A stretch of DNA of 63,426 nucleotides, the filler included, from Asterionella formosa (taxonomy: Eukaryota): NCBI GenBank assembly GCA_002256025.1. It is 15 parts of 15 records of this genome, joined end to end, with 100 filler letters (N's around TTAATTAATTAA, not from the genome) between each part and the next. Parts side by side here need not be neighbours in the genome. Positions count along the whole stretch, not along the records: positions 1 to 22,221 come from NKIB01002829.1; positions 22,322 to 44,509 come from NKIB01002835.1; 13 more parts are not named here. One strand, given 5' to 3'. Positions 12,280 to 25,400 of the stretch are shown here, one piece after another (the stretch's first letter is position 1; each line of letters starts with the position of its first letter). The notes under the pieces are model-generated. The model did no database searches and was not told where the DNA came from. It saw only the letters and a program-made list of their open reading frames with translations. Both the position numbers and the translations under genes were made by a program.

Positions 12280-14357
12280 CACCCTCACCAACAGATGCGG
12301 GCAGAAGAACAGGAGCTGGGGTGGAGATGATATCAGCATCGGAAGCCAAGCACGCATAATAGTTAGGAGGACTAGGGAGGGATGGAGGGCAATGGAGATA
12401 CTAGTGCGGGCGCATCAACATGTGATGGGAAGCAGGATGATGTTTAGTGAAATAATCAGCACGATTCAAACTACCTTTTTTCCAGTTTCCAAGAAATTGG
12501 CCTTGGCGAACCCGATCGCGTACCCAGTAATGGCGCATATCCATAGCTTTGGAGCGTTTTTGGCGGACGGTATCATTGGCAATGCCACTGGCAGTGCTAT
12601 TATTGGTGACAATACGGGTAGAAGTTTGGGGATGACCAAGCTCAACAAGAATGTTGTGAATAGCATATGCCTCTTTGCCATTGTGGAACAAAGCAGCTAA
12701 TTTGGCCTCAGCAGCACTTGATAAAACATCCTTAAGAATTTGACAGTGTATGTAAATAGCACCGTTAAGAGGAGGGATGGATGTAATGAGGCTAGGCGGA
12801 GACAAGGGTTTACAGCTGAGAAAGTAAATGCCGGCAGCGCGGGAGCGACCACGCGTTTCAGAGAGATAGGAGGCAAACATGGAGGACCATGTCACTGGCA
12901 GTAAAGCGAAGGGTGGCCTCAGGATGAGTGGCACAATAATTGAGAAGGTGAGTAATGACAGTCAAGGTAGCCACAGTGGGGGTGGCTTGTTGTGTAGCCA
13001 ATGTACCAAGGGCCGGCAACATAGTACAGTCAATAGCACGGGCATAATACAATAAAGTACCAAGAATCTCTTGCACACGTGTTTTATCATGGAGGTCAAG
13101 GGCAGGAGTGACATCAGAAATAACAAATTGCTGGCGAGCGCCATAACTAGGGGCAGTCCAGGCATGGGGGGCATGTTGTGGCTGTGATGGGCTGCAGTGC
13201 GTGAATCGTTGTAGAGCGAGCACGAACAATGTACCCAGGCATAGTGATGTCAACGCTGCGATGTTTGTAGTCCCACGTCAGCGTAAGGCCAATGTAACGA
13301 GAGCCAGTCCAATCAGTTGTGAGACGGTATTTGGTACGTAAAGTGGTGAGGAGATGGTCCACATCACTACGTTTGGTGTAACGTACACCAAAATCATCAA
13401 CAACAAGCAAGCGTAAACATGAGATCACTGGTGGTATCCATCCATAGGCCAGGGGTGACTGGGCAGGGGAGGTAATGATGCAGGAGCAAGAACTGAGCAA
13501 GTTGATCATTGGCAAGTTTACCAGCCTGAGGCAGCCCATACATGCCACGACGTATTTCGGCATAGATGTGCCCATCAATGATTTTGGGAGCTAGGTTGTA
13601 GAGGATTTGAATGTGTGGGGGGATCATCCATATAGGGATGCGCACATATTCATACTCGGCAGGTGCAAGATGACTTTCCAGATAAAAATCAGATAAATCC
13701 AGAGTCATGAAGCGGCCATTGGGGATACTGATGGTGCTCTTGAACAAACATTTTGCAGTAGTGAGATCAGCAGTCTTGGTGCTGACATTGCCAGTGTAAA
13801 TGACATGATCACCCCCAGCGGTCCAACAAACGCGTTTGGGAATGGTTTTTTCAGGTCGATTGGCACACACAAAGCGGATGTAAGTGGCGCGTTTTTGTGA
13901 AGGCATTTCATGCTTATGAATGAAAAAACAGCAATTAGTACCCGTGGGCATGTCAGAATGGGGTCCCAAGCCCTGAAATAACCGGCCAATTTCTAAGCCA
14001 TTGGCGGTGGCCCACAGGGGAGCAGTGCTGCAAGTCAATAATTCTCTATATCCAGCAATTTTGCCATTGTCAGGGTTGATAGCGGTGCCATGGAATCAAA
14101 AATTAGTGGCCAGGGGAGTAGCACTGGTTTGAGGAGTGGCGGAGAGAGCACAGTTGGCAAGCAAAGATTTGGTGTGGGGACGGCTGGCATGTGGTGCAGC
14201 ACGTGGTGTGTTTTCATGGCGACGACCGCTCTTGGGCACAGTGGTAGTGTCATAAGTGGCCTAAGTGGAAGGTGGTAGGGGACTGGGCATCACAACAGCA
14301 TCGCGATAGGTGTGAGGGGTGCTGGAATGATTATGCGGCCACTGGCAGGAGAGGACC

Positions 14358-14468
14358 TAGGGGTAGGGTTAGGGTTACGGGTTACGGGCGAGGTGAGGGT
14401 TAGGGTTTGGGGTAGGGTTAACAACACTCGCGTCGGTAAGGGTAGGGTTAGGGTTAGGGTTAGGGTTA
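14358..14468 (+). repeat. Telomere-like (TTAGGG)n degenerate tract inside the copia integrase-RT linker
   Basis: Perfect (TTAGGG)3 at 14448-14465 plus TAGGGT/TACGGG variants. Reads as (NP)n on the coding strand. Confidence 0.85.
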
Positions 14469-17400
14469 AGCACCCTCAGTGGTTGGGCAGCGCCAGCAAG
14501 GGCTGGAGAGACCGGGAAAGGTGTACAGGCATCAGGATCAGGGAGAAGGGGGATGGTGGATGCTGTGGGTGTACCGGGCACCCTCAGTGATGGAATGGGG
14601 TGATGCAGGAGGGGAGTGATGGGTAGTTGGGGGAGCTCAGGCGGTGAGAGAATTTCAAGGAGCTGGTGGAGAGCAGCTTTGTGGGTTGCAGTGACTGCGG
14701 CATGGTGTGTAACAAGGCATGGGCAATGTCCTGCAAACTGGTTGTGATGAGGTCAGTGGATGAATTACAGGGTAGGTGGACTTTGGTTGGAAACCACAAG
14801 ACAGTATTGCAGATTCTGATTGAACGTGTGTCCCACATCCAGATGCGGTAGCAGCGATAGGAATCAACAGCAGGGCCGACATACCAACCATCGAGAGCAT
14901 GCGGAGCCCATGTTGTGCGGTGTTGGGGCTTGGCATGAACAACAACCCAACAGCCAGGTGGAGCAAGGGGGACACGGCTGTAATCATATGTGCCATTGAC
15001 CTGTGCCCAAGCAGACAGTTTGGGGTTGATGCGTGAGCCACGGAGGAGATTAAGAGTAAGTTCAGCTTGAACGAATAGTTGGTCCCACAAGTGGAGAGGA
15101 AAGTCTTTGTCGACACTGCATAGACCGGCAATGAAATGGTTTTGAAAGGTGCGAATTGCACGTTCAGCAGCATTGCGATGATGGACAGCCAGCGGGACCA
15201 ACTGAAAGTCAATAGCTTCTTCGTCCAAGAATTCTTTGAGGAGTGTAGTAGAACACTCATTGTCAAGGCGTTGAAGTTTGGGATGTAGGCCAGCTTTGCA
15301 CAACCGTTGATGTAATGTTTTATATGCTGCAAGGAGGCAGGAAGCGGTTCGGTTATGAAAGGGCTGAACGAAAATGTAGTTGCTGTCATAATCATATAAA
15401 ATAATAATGTAGTTGTTTCCAGTGCTGGAGGGGAGTATGAATTTTCCGGTTTGATCAGTGTAAATTTGGCCTGTGGGTGCAATAATGGACGCAAAACACA
15501 TATGGGTAGGGGTTGCAAGACCCTCAAGGTGGAAATCAGCATCACCCAGTACATTGGCAGAAATGGATGCAAGTTCAGGCTCAATGATAGTTGGGGGCAC
15601 ACGTGTGGATTGTACGTTTTGACGTGTTTGATCAAGGTGGCCTTTGATGGTTGCGATGGAATGTGGGGGATGTTTGCGAAGTGTAGTTAAGGTAAGACCT
15701 GGAAAATTGACAAGATACCCATGGAGTAATGCGCTTTCCAAAGTGGAGAGAACAGGAGAAAAGAGGGCCGCCTGGGCAAAGGCAACAAGGGCTGGTGCAT
15801 TGGGACTGCCAATGGCGGTAGCAGCGTAGTGGGTAGGGGTAGGCAATGGTGGAGCAATAGTGGTGGTGGTGACATGCCATAATCGAGGAAGAATGCAATG
15901 ACCATCAGATAAGACAGACTTGTGTAGTTTGGTGAAGAGTACCTCGTAGCCAGAATACATAGTTGTCCAATGCTAAGTAAAGAGCAATTGTGTAGACCAG
16001 GGACAATGTGTACATGACGAGCAGCAGGTAATAGCATAGGTAAAGATAATTCGGCCTCATGTGTAGATTTAACATGGTTGCCATTAGGAAGTTGACTGGT
16101 GATAGGGTTGGTGGTAGGTTGTTTGTTGATGACAGGTAAATCAACAGTGGCGTAATTGCCAGAACTGCCAGAATCAGCAATGAGTGTGACGGGGGGACAA
16201 GTGATGGGAGATAAGTTTGTGTTAATAGTATTATCGACAGCAACTTGCTCCCCTCCACATCAAGCAAGTGGTGAAGGTGGTGGTGAAACACGGGGTGGCC
16301 GGGTAGGATGGGTACCATCACTGAAAAGACGGACGCTGCCACCCAGACGTCGATCAAGGGTGGCATTGAGTTGATGGCCAGAAGCTGGATGATTGCAAGT
16401 TGCACTGGTATGGTCAGGTTTATGTGATGCTGGTTCCCTTTTTCTTGGCACTGGAATTTTTCCCTTCACTCCTTTCAATTGGTTGCTTACAGAAACATAA
16501 TTGATTGGGTAACTTTGATGAGTTTATTGATGGGCACATAAAACCTGTTTGGATTCTTGCCAAAGTGGTTGTTGTGAACATTTCAAGTTGATGTGTCATA
16601 ACATATGCTAATTTTGTCTTGTCGTATTCAAGGGAAGTTGATGCAATGGCCAAGTTTCGGATGGTTATAATTGTTTGGATCAAACAATCCATAAACTTCA
16701 CTTTCATAAATTTGTAGATGTATTCAGGTGTCAAAGCCCTAATTCCTCCAGACTTGTATACTTGTTATACTCCTACTAGCTTGATTGGTATAGTCCATGC
16801 CTGCCATGATCTCGTCTGTAGGACATGATGGTGAGTGCCAAGTATTATCTAACTTCATTTACTAGTTAAATCATCATGTTATTGAATTTTTAATCCCACA
16901 ACAAGCTTATCGAATTTGATGGCACCATGGTAGAATTTCTTGGATGGTATCCTGGGCAGGGTATCACAGGGTTGTTCCATTGCTCTGTTGGTACTATAAT
17001 ATTGAAAAAGTAAACATCTAATGGCTGATGATGCTGCTGCAGTCATGTCATGTAATAGTTTAAATGAGCATCCCAAGTTGTTAGAATCTCATATTCCATG
17101 TCATCACCTTCAAAGAGATTAGCTACTAGGACAGCATGTGAGAAGCAACTTACTCATGGTTGACATTGTTCAAAGCATAAAGGTGTCTAGGGAATATTTT
17201 AGCTATCTGGTGGAATAAGAAAAAATGTAATAAGGTGACCGTTCCAACTATACTTAGGAGTCAATTGGATAGAAGTGTGTTGATGCTGAAGTGTAGCTAC
17301 TAGCTAAGAAATTGATAGAATTTATTTGTTCACCTATAGAAACTGAGCTATAATATCTGGTTCACTTCGTTTCTGTCGTTCTTGATCGTCAAGATCTTCA

Positions 17401-17795
17401 AGGAGAGGACAAAAGAATCAATTGCAATGATTCCTCTTGCATTTCAACTTCATTGCCATCTATCTGCCTCTGGTTGGTTGATTCAAATAAACAATACCTA
17501 TGTTTTGTGGAATTTTAGATTTTTCCAAAACAGAAAGCTTAACCCTCAGGAACGTTAATAATACATAATCTATAGATGTTTAAAGTTTCGCTTATCAGCA
17601 TTGGTAAATCGGTCAGTTTGTTGTCCATGCATGTGATCCGTTTTCTTGCTCCGCTGCTGCGCCATTTCGTATTTATTACTTATATTCCTCGCCACTACGA
17701 GTTTGTCGTTTCAGATAGATCATGAGAGATTATCATGTTCTGTTGCATCTCACGTGTTATTCTCCGACTTCACATACCGGTATTTGCCGACACCA

Positions 17796-18065
17796 CTATC
17801 CCTGACGTTGTTCCTTCTTGATGAACAAGCCAACACACCATGCCATAGGTCCTACTTTAGGAGGCTGGGCCTCCCGAACCACGTTCATCTTTTCTTGATG
17901 CACCTTCTTCATGTGATCTTGGGCATGTGCTTCAAGTTCTTTCGCTTGACTTGGGTGTAGCGACAATGGAGTACCGTAAATTTGCGACGTGAAGCACGGA
18001 GAAGGCACAAATGCAGAAGCCAATGCCAGAAAGGAGAGGAAGAGGAACGTCTTGAAGCTATGCAT
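17796..18065 (-). CDS. Small plastid-targeted hypothetical protein (89 aa)
   Basis: MHSFKTFLFLSFLALASA|FVP is a canonical ASAFAP-type presequence. ATG at 18065. Confidence 0.75.
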   Translation of the reverse strand: MHSFKTFLFLSFLALASAFVPSPCFTSQIYGTPLSLHPSQAKELEAHAQDHMKKVHQEKMNVVREAQPPKVGPMAWCVGLFIKKEQRQG

Positions 18066-18884
18066 GATTGTGTCAGTGAGAGTCCTTTTATGTGAGGTAT
18101 CTATGCACACAGTTCTTGTTGGACAAAGTGCAATGATCAATCAGAATTCTGAAGGAAATTGATAGACTTGGGTTTTGTTGACACCCTGCGGTGCCTTCGT
18201 GCGAGGAAAAGGAAGAAGGGGACGTCACAGCAATGCTCCTCTATTATATTTTTGGTATGGACAGTACGACCAGAGTTGTACCGGTTGGTTTACCCCATGC
18301 GTTCAGAACATTGTACCAGGGTACAATGGTAATGTTGTCATTTATTTTATATATGATATCGGTGTAGAATTCTTCCTTCGCTGGATATTGGTACCTGGTA
18401 CCTGGTACCCTTCTATCAGGCACTATGTAATTTAAGGAGCACTGGTCCCGGTCGTTCAAAATGAGCGAGACAGCCAACCTTGTTCGTCTAAATTCTCATT
18501 CATTTTGTTTTCAACCCTTTGATTGGCTGGAGAGAATCATCAGTCGACGTCATCGATTCAGTCTGCGACGTACGAATATATCGATATGTAGTATCGTGTC
18601 AGGGCAGCAATCTAATTAGGACTCACTGCGTTTCAAATCAAAACTACTGGTATGTCAAGTTGTCACCACAATGCATCTGAAGTGCTGTCGTTCAACAGTA
18701 CAGTCATATAAGCAACGTTTTCTTGTCCGAATGATATCGTAGGTCTAGTTCGATGTGCATGGCGAACAAAGTAAGAAGCAGGTGTTATCCCTACTTGAAT
18801 TATTTGATTAGTATCTGGGCATCGAAAATTATGAAATTTCCAAAACTACCCCATGAGTTCCATGAGGTAGAAGCCTTTGTAAGG

Positions 18885-19865
18885 CTATGCTTGAATCCTG
18901 TTGTAACCAAGCAAGTCAAAGTCACGCGCCATGTGAAAGTTGATCATCAGAACTGTCTCAGGATACAGATCATGCTTCGTAACCTTTCGAACCAAGGTAT
19001 TTGCATTCTTTTTCAGCAATTGCACTGGCAACTCATACTCCTCCATTAACCTCCGAAAATCATTTTCAAGATTTTCATAGCGCAATATATGTGTGACAAT
19101 CTGGTTATTGTTCTCGTCAAAGCAGTAGTGATGTTGAGGCAGCAAATGCCCAGTCTGGAAACTAAACCGTTTCAATTCATGCAGGACCCAACGGTTCAAA
19201 GCATCGGGTGTATCACGGTTCTCTCGCATGCTTGATTTCTCCAATTGTTGATGCGTTTTTGTTGGACCGTGTCTGCCAATGTTTCGAACACGCGATGATG
19301 ATTCTGGCGTTTTTAATCCATGACGAATCATGATGCTAGCATCGGCTTCAGCCGCATGACGCCATTTCCGAAAATTACCATAATGCGGACAATAGTATTC
19401 CGATATGATTCGATCGTAGGGATTCCTGACAACAGTAAAAGTCCTCGCTCCAGCATATGGATTCGGATTCATCCATGCCGGTGGAGTGTGCCACAATTCT
19501 CCCGAAAAGCCTTTGGATACTGTAGGCGGTGAACGGGGCCATCCAAAGTCAGGTCGACTACATCCCGGTCCAATACCATGTTGTCGAGTGAAGTGACACA
19601 CACCCCAAACAACGCCGTGACGGGCAGCAGCCGCTTCGATGGCAGAGCCACCAGTTTTAGTAATGTGGATAAATTCCAACGTTGCGTTTTTTCGGTGCAG
19701 TGGTCCTTGTTGATATACGGGGGATCGAGGAGCTTCCGGTGGCTTTTGTGGGGAGTCCATCATAACTTTCTCTTCGCTGTAAGTTGTTGCCTTGGAAACG
19801 GCCAGAGCCCACAAGACGTTGCTGACGGCACCGAGGAGGAGAGCATATTTTATTTTCGTTTGCAT
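18885..19865 (-). CDS. Sulfotransferase (Sulfotransfer_2-like), paralogue of 5869..8255 (326 aa)
   Basis: LEFIHITKTGGSAIE, WGVCH, WHTP, VRNPYDRIISEYYC, GHLLPQ and RDFDLLGY motifs, with an N-terminal signal anchor. First ATG at 19865. Confidence 0.88.
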   Translation of the reverse strand: MQTKIKYALLLGAVSNVLWALAVSKATTYSEEKVMMDSPQKPPEAPRSPVYQQGPLHRKNATLEFIHITKTGGSAIEAAAARHGVVWGVCHFTRQHGIGPGCSRPDFGWPRSPPTVSKGFSGELWHTPPAWMNPNPYAGARTFTVVRNPYDRIISEYYCPHYGNFRKWRHAAEADASIMIRHGLKTPESSSRVRNIGRHGPTKTHQQLEKSSMRENRDTPDALNRWVLHELKRFSFQTGHLLPQHHYCFDENNNQIVTHILRYENLENDFRRLMEEYELPVQLLKKNANTLVRKVTKHDLYPETVLMINFHMARDFDLLGYNRIQA

Positions 19866-20870
19866 CTTTTGTTCCGTCGTATTTTCGAGATTTATGAAAT
19901 GCTGCTGCAACTGGTTGGAGCACAGGCAGAATTGTTAATACATCCAGGCAGAGTGTTCCATCTGATGACAGCGGCAATTCATGGTAGACTACTAATCGAG
20001 TTAATAATAATAGATCATTCTGCCTCGTTTTGATTTTAATGATTTCGTATCAAGGCTACATGAATGGCTGACGCTCTGCGTGATGATCAAATCAAGCAAC
20101 AACAATGAACATTCGCTCCTTGATGGAACAAGGCAGCAGGAACTGCTAGCTAGCGGTGCGACGATTATGGTTTATTTGCCAGTATTATCTGTCATAAGAA
20201 AACAAAAGCAGTCTGGCCGTTTGTTCTAAAGGTGCTAAATATGGAATTATATAAAATATATATGTACTGCTATTTCCTGCTCATTTTCCCAGTCAATCTG
20301 GTATTTATGATGAAGGACATGCCAAGTAAGGTCCTTTTCTGTCAGGCTCGTCAATCATTGAATGCAGCCTAGTCTGGACTATCAGGTAAAATACACCTGA
20401 ATATGGAAGAAAGGAATAGCTATCATGGAGTTATGAGGACCTGCATTGACAGCTATTGTATAGTCATCCCTTTATTGACAATTTGTAAGTTCGAAAAAGG
20501 ATCAAGTCTTAATTATGTGTCAAGTTCTCAATACACCATGATTGATGCATGAAAAAAGATCGAGTAACAGTAAAATGCTCTCTAAACTCCAGGTAGATTA
20601 AAATTTCTGCGATTAAATTGTGATCACTCTAAAAAAGAATACCTGTAGTTCTTACCGTCACGGCGCCTTCCGTTTTGAATCGCTTGATGACACATCATCT
20701 CTACATTTGCCATTGTCATTCACGTACTGATTTAAAAATAAATGGCTTTGTTACCGTAAATGGAGTTCCTGTTCAGGCAGCCATTAAACTTGGGTACAAG
20801 CATAATTGCGTCCAACCACATTCCTTGATATATAAAGAGTAACTATGAATTCCCACCACATCACCTCTTT

Positions 20871-21317
20871 CTACCATGTGGAATCCATATTTATCGGACT
20901 GGATAGAATGGCATAAAAGGTCAAAAGAATGGCTCCCGCAGCCGTTCCAAATAAGATGTACGCCACGAACAAGGCACCTTGACCCAGTTGTTGCCGTCCT
21001 CTTGATTCATTTGGACGTGCATCTTTGCCAATAATGGTAATGGAATCCTTGCCTGTCCCGAATGGTTCACCCACAGCTATACGTCTCCAAAACTCCACCG
21101 TGGCCCAAGCAAATGGGGTGACGCCAATCAGAAATACTACAGCATCTGTATTGACCAAGTCAGCTGCTGGCAGCAACGACCTTGTTGTTGTTGTTGTTGT
21201 TGATATTCGAGGGTGGCCTCGTCGAGACGAAATGTGTGATGGATGCACCGAAAAGGCAATGGCAGTGGAGTGGAGGAGTGTCACAACAAGGAGTGAAAGA
21301 ATGGTGCGATGAGGCAT
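20871..21317 (-). CDS. Plastid-targeted small membrane protein of unknown function (148 aa)
   Basis: Signal peptide ends AIA|FS, followed by an S/T/R-rich transit peptide and two hydrophobic helices around WATVEFWRRIAVGEPFGTG. Confidence 0.75.
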   Translation of the reverse strand: MPHRTILSLLVVTLLHSTAIAFSVHPSHISSRRGHPRISTTTTTTRSLLPAADLVNTDAVVFLIGVTPFAWATVEFWRRIAVGEPFGTGKDSITIIGKDARPNESRGRQQLGQGALFVAYILFGTAAGAILLTFYAILSSPINMDSTW

Positions 21318-22221
21318 TGTTCTGGTCCAATTTGCTCCTTGTTTAAAATCTGTGTCGACTGCTAACAAAAGGCGTTCTCAATTGTTGGACCGAGGTGGCA
21401 ATGATGAAGTGTCATGGGAATGAATCAACCAAACTGTAAAAGGGGTCTTTGGGGTGGAGGTGGTACACAACTGGGGGCCTGTACCAGGTACCAGGTAATA
21501 TGTGCCTGTACGACTGTTCGTCCAGTAAGAAAACCAGTACTGGTACTGGTAGCTATAGAAAAGGGTTCACGCCAGTACATAGATACAATATGTGCAGTAC
21601 GGATGATTGAAAAGCGAGGCTGGTCGAGTCAGCGATGTTTGGAGCATGATCATGAAATAAAATGATATCACAGACATCACGCACTATCGAAAGACTGACT
21701 ACCGGTAACTGGCACCTAAATACCGTAAAACCTGGTGTCTCGTATCCCCCCAGATACCTGTACCCCCCTTCGTACATCTGGCACAACACCCCCAAATATT
21801 TTATGTCTACAGAAAAAATAACAGCATATTATTGTATTCTAGCTATTTATTAATGAATTTACTATAATTGTATTCTTACCGGTCACCATCATGAAACAAC
21901 AATCAACAACAACACGAGCGATGCCAATGACATTTGCGATGGCGATATCCTTGTCCTGAGATCTATTTCAAAAGTCGAAGCTGCAACTTGCATGCTTGTT
22001 GTGGAGCGATTATCAAGCTGAATGCTAAAGGCTCAGGCAGTTCTGGCCTTGATGTTGTCGGCTTGCCGGAAGTGTTCACAGAATCATTTCGTCTGCTGCC
22101 TCATGATGCAGAAATATTTCGTGCATGTCATGATTCTGGTCGAATAATCATATAAGTGATGTGGTTGGCTTATATTAATTTCCATCACGATCCAAGTCGT
22201 AGAGTCTACACAAGTTAATAC

Positions 22222-22321
22222 NNNNNNNNNNNNNNNNNNNNNNNNNNNNNNNNNNNNNNNNNNNNTTAATTAATTAANNNNNNNNNNNNNNNNNNNNNNN
22301 NNNNNNNNNNNNNNNNNNNNN
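22222..22321. other. Artificial contig linker N44-TTAATTAATTAA-N44; further copies start at 44510, 45966, 47422, 48878, 50334, 51790, 53246, 54702, 56157, 57611, 59065, 60519 and 61973
   Basis: Identical 100-bp spacer with stops in all six frames, present 14 times. Confidence 0.98.
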
Positions 22322-22420
22322 AAGGAAGAAAATTAACATAAAAGGCCAGAGGGTTTTAAATCCAGAAGTGCAGAAACTGCAGCATCGGCAGTTGATAATG
22401 GATCAAGAGTTGAATTTCTA

Positions 22421-25400
22421 TTGTGTGGAATGACATTTCCTACTGATCAAGCAATATTGATGGATCCAAATGTGTGGATTGCAGATACTGCTGCAACAGT
22501 CCACAATACTCCACACATGGATGGTATGACCAATTTACGTGATGCAGAAAAGTCAGATGCTATTACAATGGGCAATGCGATAAGTGAAAAAGCTGTTAAG
22601 ATAGCAGATATTAATGGTGTCATGTGTGACAGGCATGGAGTTGAAATTGCCAAAGCAACCATGCAAGATGTGACTTTGTTGCCTACGGGCAAATACAATT
22701 TATTCAGTTTGACAATAATGATGAAAAAGGGATGGAAATTAAGTAGTGATGATGATGCAATTGTTTTGACATTGAATGATAAAACAATAACATTTGACAT
22801 CAAAATTCCAACTCCAAAGGGTCTGTTGTATGCCATGTACATGAAGAGGGCGGTGACAGAAGTTGCTGGTGCAGGCGCAGATTGTGGTGCCAAATTATCT
22901 ATTACAGAAATACATGATAAACTTGGACATGTAAATGAAGATATGGCAAGGAAGACAGCCGAAGCTATTGGCTGGAACTTAACTGTAGGTGGCATGAGAC
23001 CATGTGAAGCTTGTGCTGCAGGTAAGGTAAAGCAAAAGAATGTACCAAAGGAAAGTGAACATGAAGAAGCAAAAGAAAACAACGAACGAACTTATATGGA
23101 CATTGCAACAGTGAAAAGACAGGACAATGACAATTATAAAGGCATGAAAGTAACTCGAGCAAATTGGAGAATTATGGTAGATGAAAGGACTCAAATGAAA
23201 TTCACAGATTTTTTTGAGACAAAGAATGGAATGGTTGAACCAACGTGTGAGCAGCTGTTTAAATGGAAGGCAAGTGGAATACCAGTGAAGTTCATAAGGC
23301 TTGATAATTCAGGAGAGAACCAACTGCTTAAGATTCGTGCAGATAGCAGTGATTGGAAGTTAAATGTGCAGTTTGAATTTACAGGAAGAGCCACTCCGCA
23401 ACGTAACGATTTGGCTGAGTTGGGTTTTGCAGTAATTGCAAACCGTGGTCGTGCTATGATGCACAGAGCAAATGTACCATTGGCTGATAGGTACAAACTT
23501 TTCAAAGAAGCATTTAAAACAGCAACATTGTTGGATGGTTTAGTTGTAATAACAATTGATGGAAAAGAAGCAACAAGATATGAACATTGGTGTGGCAAGA
23601 ACCCAGATTTTACTGCACATTTGAGGGTGTGGGGAGAAGCTGGAACAGTCACTATTAAATCAAATATGAACACAAAGGTGAAAGACAGAGGTGTACATTG
23701 TATGATGGTGGGATACGCTCTGAACCATGCTGGAGATACATACAGAATGTGGGACAAAAAAAACAAATCGAGTGCATGAAACACGAGATATCATTTGGTT
23801 GCGCCGAATGTATTTTGAGAAGCCAATCATCAATCAGGATCTGGCAATTGCACCTGTGATTGATGATGATTATGAAGTTGAAAAAGAACCTACCACTAAA
23901 GTTGGGGAGGGATTAGATGAAAATGACGAGCAAGAAGACCAGCTACCACAAGATGATGATAATGACACTGGTGGTGAAGTAGTTGAAAGTCCGAATACAA
24001 AAACACAAGTGGTGACAAGGACTGGAAGGCACATTAAAAATCCATCAAGATTGATTGAAGAAATGGGTGCTTTTGTGAGCGACTATCAGATTTGTTTGAC
24101 TGATGCAGAAGTGAAATATTATGAAGCAATGAAAGAATTAGAGGAAGTTCAACATGAATTTGGATTTGTAGGTGCTGGACTTAGTGGTGGATTTGAAAAC
24201 ACAGCAGAACTACATGTGATGAAATATGATGCAGCAATGAAGACAAAGGATGCTGCTGCATGGAAGGTTGCTTTAGATGAAGAACATGATTGTATGGTGA
24301 ACAATAATGTTTGGAAACCTATTGACAGAGCAGAGATTCCAAGTAATTCAAAAGTACTGACTTCAACGTGGGCAATGAAGAAGAAAGCAAGCGGAAAATT
24401 TCGAGCTAGGCTGAATGCAAGAGGATTTGAACAAGTAGATGTTATTCATTGTGACAAGAATACAAAATCAGCTCCAGTCTCAAATGAAATTACAATTAGA
24501 ATTGTATTCATTTTGATGGTAATGGGAAGGCTGTATGCTGAATTATTGGATGTTCAAGGTGCATTTCTCAAAGGAGAATTTGCTAATGGAGAATCAATTT
24601 ATATTGAGGTACCTCAAGGTTTTGAGAGGCATTATAAAAGGAATGATGTATTGTTGTTGAAGCAAACCATCTATGGGTTAGTTCAGGCAGCATATGCATT
24701 CTGGAGGGAACTTGTAAAAGCATTTTATGATATGGGATATATGAGGAGCAAAGCAGATCCATGTTTATACTTTGCGTGGACTACTAATGGATTACTTATG
24801 TGGTTATATTGGGTTGATGATTGCTTGATGGTTGGTAAGAAAGAGGAAGTTTTAAAGGCTAAGAAGAAAATGATGAGAAGATTTGATTGTGATGAAGTTG
24901 GACCGTTGAAGGAATATATTGGATGTAAAGTGGATTACAATCCTGATGAGGGCTATGTGCAACTGACTCAACCAGTGTTGTTGCAAAGCTTTGCTGATGA
25001 GTTTGAGTTACCCAAAGGTGACAATCCAATCACTCCCGCGGTGCCAGGTGATGTTTTGAGGAAAGGAAAATCGACCGAAATGTTATCTGTCAAAGAAATG
25101 ACAAAATATAGGTCTGGGGTGGGAAAATTGTTGCATTTGATGAAATGGTCTAGACCAGAGATCATGAATTGCGTTAGAGAGTTGTCATGTTTTATGATGG
25201 AGGCATTAGGTGCACATATTCAAGCAATGAATAGAGTCATGAAATATTGCATTGGAACTCCTGATCGTGGTTTAAAGTTAAAACCAAGTGGTAGATGGAA
25301 TCGTGATCCAAATTATGAGTTCGTAATTTCAGGCATGTCAGATTCAGATTACGCCAAGGATCCGGATAGGAGACGAAGTGTTAGCGGATATGCTACATTT

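Larger units (their letters stand above)
12128..16420 (-). mobile_element. Degenerate, 5'-truncated Ty1/copia (CoDi-type) LTR retrotransposon
   Basis: Copia domain order: gag end (HTSATC..GH..AT..GGS ~16400), protease (ADSGSSG ~16170), integrase (YTDQTGKF, LDNECS, AERAIRTF), RT (GMYGLPQAG, VDDFG), RNase H (RSKAMDMR..ADYFTKHH). Many frameshifts. Confidence 0.92.

Noticed and set aside
16420..17200. Broken minus-strand ORFs as the gag of the adjacent copia
   Set aside because: Composition changes abruptly, and there is no recognisable gag, PBS or 5' LTR. Probably an unrelated relic that I cannot identify.
22447..23784. Long antisense ORFs (also 37484..37969, 52785..53123, 19578..20033)
   Set aside because: These are shadows of genuine coding sequence on the opposite strand.
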